A DNA stretch of 64,000 bases from Octopus sinensis (taxonomy: Eukaryota). Every line of letters starts with the position of its first letter. Positions within the stretch are counted from its first letter, which is position 1. Positions 60,930 through 64,000 of this stretch are shown here, one piece after another. Made by a program: the position numbers and the translations under genes. The stretch covers positions 6,448,001 to 6,512,000 of the forward strand of contig NC_043018.1 in the NCBI RefSeq assembly GCF_006345805.1, read 5' to 3'. The notes beneath the pieces were generated by a model that was not told the origin of the DNA, ran no database searches, and saw only the letters and a list, made by a program, of their open reading frames with translations.

Positions 60930-63900
60930 TATTGCTGCTGTGACCCGTTCTTCAACGAAAACTTCTCTCATCAAAGACAATTCCATTCCAGTCGCTGATT
61001 TTTACTCTGAACCGATATTTTCGCCGCCGGGTGTCAAGACCCGACTACGTCGTCAATCAATGTATGTGCAAAAGCAAGTCCCAAATGTCTCGTTTTCAGT
61101 CACAAAACAGGATGTGACATTTTCTGAAACGAGCTCGTTGACTTCTGCCACGGTGACCAGCGTCTCGAGTCGCACCGTAACAACTGTCGAGCAGACAAAG
61201 TCATCTTCGGAGATGTCTGCTTTGGTCGGCAATGACCAGGCAGTTGATGGACTGGCAGGCGAGAAAGAGACAATCAGTGAAGAAATCAGCAACATCATCA
61301 ATAACCTTCGCGACTCGAATCGCAAGCGCAAGTCTGATGTGCAGACAGTGGAGACTTCTGACGTAAAAGAAAAAGTGCTGAAACCCTCAAAGACACTGGA
61401 AGAAGAGAAATTGTCTCTGGTTAGGAGTTTGTCGTTGAAGGAGAGGTCCAAAGATGTTTCGACAGCGGAAAACGAAAACGTATCCGAATCAGTTACTGTG
61501 GATATTGTTTCCGAAGAAGCGGAAGACGCTGAAGTGGAAGACGCTGGAGTAGAAGACGTAGAAGAGGTCCCGCCTGAAGTACAAGATGATTCCAGTAAAG
61601 CTAAGAAAAGCGCACCACAGAAGAAGAAGCCGGGAAGAAAAAGCAAGTCTCCCGCTGCTAAGACAAAGACGACCAGGACACGGAAGACAAGTACTTCGAG
61701 GACCAAAAGCCAAGAAACTGATTCAGAAGAAGTAGCAACGGTTGAAGTGGTTGTAGAAAGCAGCAAAACTACACCTTCAAAGAAGAAAAGGGGCACGACA
61801 CCAGTGAAAGCAAAAGCAAGCAGTAAAAAAGGGGCAAAGAAAAGTACCACTCCTAAAAGACAAGCAAGTGCACCGAACAAGGAATTGGTCGTGGAAGCCG
61901 TTACTCCAGTAAAGAAAGAAAGGAGATCACGGTCGTTGGGGCCGAAGAGTAAAAAGAAAGTAGAAGAGGTGGCGGCAGACAAACCAGATGAGGATGCCGC
62001 TTCGGTTGAAACGAAAGAAACATCTAAAAAAGGCTCTCGTTCGCGTAAAGGTACTCCTCAAAAATCTTCTGTAAAAGGCCCACGTAAAAAATCCACTTCG
62101 AGGAAATCAACTCCAGTGAGAAAGGCAACCCCTACGAAAACGCGTACTCCGAGAAAGGGTACTCCATCTAGAGAAAGAAAGGCTACTCCCACAAGAAAGG
62201 CCACCCCCACAAGGAAGGCCACCCCCACAAGAAAGGCCACACCCACAAGAAAGGCCACACCCACAAGGAAGGCCACACCCACAAGAAAGGCAAAGAAAGC
62301 CACTCCGTCTAGGGAAGCAACTCCTGCCAGAAAATCCAGTACTCCTGTCAGAGAGGCTACTCCTGCTAGAAAATCTGCCACCCCACTTCGAGAAAGTTCT
62401 CCTGCTACAAAATCTGCCTCTCCAGCTCGAGAAAGTACTCCTGCAAGAAAGGCCACTCCTTCTAGAGAAGCAACTCCTGCTAGAAAGGGTACTCCTGCTA
62501 GAAAGACTACTGCTACTAGAAAGGGTACTCCTGCTAGAAAGGGTACTCCTACTAGAAAGGCCACACCTTCTCGAGAAACAAGCGTTTCGAGAAAATCGTC
62601 TCCAAAGAAGGTGACCCCTTCTAGGGAGGTTACACCTGCGAGAAAGAGTACTACTAGGAAAGCAACACCTTCTAGGAGAGGATCTCCATCCAAAGCAGTC
62701 AAAGAGAAGACATCACGACGGAAATCTAGTGGAAAGAAGTCACAGAAAACATCACGGTCTCGAAGCAAAACAAAGAGAGTCCACAAGCGTTCTTCTTCAA
62801 AGAAAGCCGACAAGAAGAAAACAGTGCTGGCCACGCAGGAAAAAGAAGAATCCTTGTCTACTGTTGATGGGGCTGAGGAAAAAACAGCACCGCCCCCACA
62901 AAAGACTGCCACCAGTAGCTCTTCTATGTCTACAATAATCACCGGTCTCTTTAAGCATTTCGTCCCAAGCCAGAAAAAGGCAAAAGTAGTTGAGTCCACC
63001 ACAAGCACGGATACCACCACCACAACAACAACAACAGTTGGTGGTTCCATGGCAGCTGAGTCTGAAGTTGATACAGGGGAAGAACTGAGAAGGAAGATAC
63101 CAGAGGCAAGAAAACACGCACTGATTTCTTCACCTCTGGATTCCAGCACACCTGATGTTCCCCAGGTTCCTAAAGCATCTTTCGTTAGTAGACTGAGAGA
63201 GACAGCTTCAAGCCTGTCCCCATTTGCCCTGAGCAGGTCGTTCGAGTATAAGCGTGCTGTTGTAGCATCAGCTAACAACAAGACTGTAGAGATTTCGGAG
63301 ACGATCACACATCCAGGAACGACTGCTGGCAAAGGATTTGATGAGGCTGACCAACCAATGTCAGCAGTTGAAATGACCGCCAATGAAGATACGGAGAGCT
63401 CCACTCCTGCAACAGTTGAAGAGGATGAAAGCGAGCAAAAGCAAGATGAAAAAGTTGTCGACACACGAGAAGTGCATTACGAGTCCCAGGAATCAGAAAT
63501 GGATGACGGGTCGATCATTGATAAGCTGGTTCATTATGAGTCCCAGCAGTCTGAGATAGAGGAGGTAGAAGCTGATAATCAGAAAAGTGTTCACTATGAG
63601 TCCCAGCATGACACTGAGGAAGAGTCCCAGGTTGAGACAGAAGATGACTCCCAGGCTGAGGTGGAGAATGAGGTGGAAGAAGAGTCACATGATGTGGTGG
63701 AGAAAAAGACACATGTTGAAGAAGAAGAAGTGTCACTTGATGTGGTAGGGAAAAAGATCCATGTTGAAGAAGAAGTGTCACTTGATGTGGTAAAGAAAAA
63801 GACCCATGTTGAAGAAGAAGAGGAGGAAGAAGAAGAAGAAGAGGAGGAGGAAGAGTCACATGATGTGGTGGAGAAAAAGACCTATGTTGAGGAACAAGAG

Positions 63901-64000
63901 TCCCAAGCTGAGACAGAAGAAGAGTCCCAGGTCGAGACAGAAGAAGAGTCGCAGGTTGAAACAGAAGAGTCACATGATGTGGTGGAGAAAAAGACCTATA
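60930..64000 (+). CDS. Giant internal coding exon (>1023 codons, runs off the window): unknown disordered protein with basic S/T-P-x-K/R repeats and acidic repeats
   Basis: Polypyrimidine tract + TTGCAG acceptor at 60929. Frame from 60931 has no stop to 64000 (IAAVTRSSTKTSLIKDNSIPVADFYSEPIFSPPGVKTRLRRQSMYVQKQ...). Repeat-free, higher GC, synonymous variation among repeats. Confidence 0.93.

Noticed and set aside
61053-63973. Long minus-strand ORFs (309, 468, 152 aa)
   Set aside because: They are antisense shadows of the + strand exon. The + frame has the splice acceptor and runs unbroken, while the minus frames are interrupted.

Overview
AT-rich eukaryotic genomic DNA, almost certainly octopus: it is dense with tRNA-headed SINEs of the type described in Octopus and with (TA)n/(TG)n/(GA)n microsatellites. 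The species cannot be fixed from sequence alone. One host gene is visible on the + strand. A giant coding exon starts at an AG acceptor (60930) and stays open to the window end (>1020 codons; absent from the ORF track, which shows only its antisense shadows). It encodes an unrecognised disordered protein with a basic block of about 29 S/T-P-x-K/R motifs (KATPTR repeats) between acidic blocks. A 45-nt ATG micro-exon at 20486-20530 (MPGRKRGPKSHA-R) is phase-compatible with it across a predicted ~40-kb intron. That intron holds a promoter-like island (36.5-37.7 kb), a 318-bp fold-back, a full-length irritans-type mariner, Tigger, DD37D, RTE and Tx1 relics, Helitrons, piggyBac/hAT-like MITEs and an ~890-bp tandem duplication. 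The most unusual signals are: several Penelope-type hammerhead ribozyme motifs (best at 48014-48053, next to a Tx1-like LINE insertion with a 16-bp TSD); a tRNA-Phe body with a GGA (Ser) anticodon that appears to have retroposed together with a SINE into a MITE; and an internally deleted non-autonomous RTE. Repeat coordinates are read by eye and approximate; no database searches were run.
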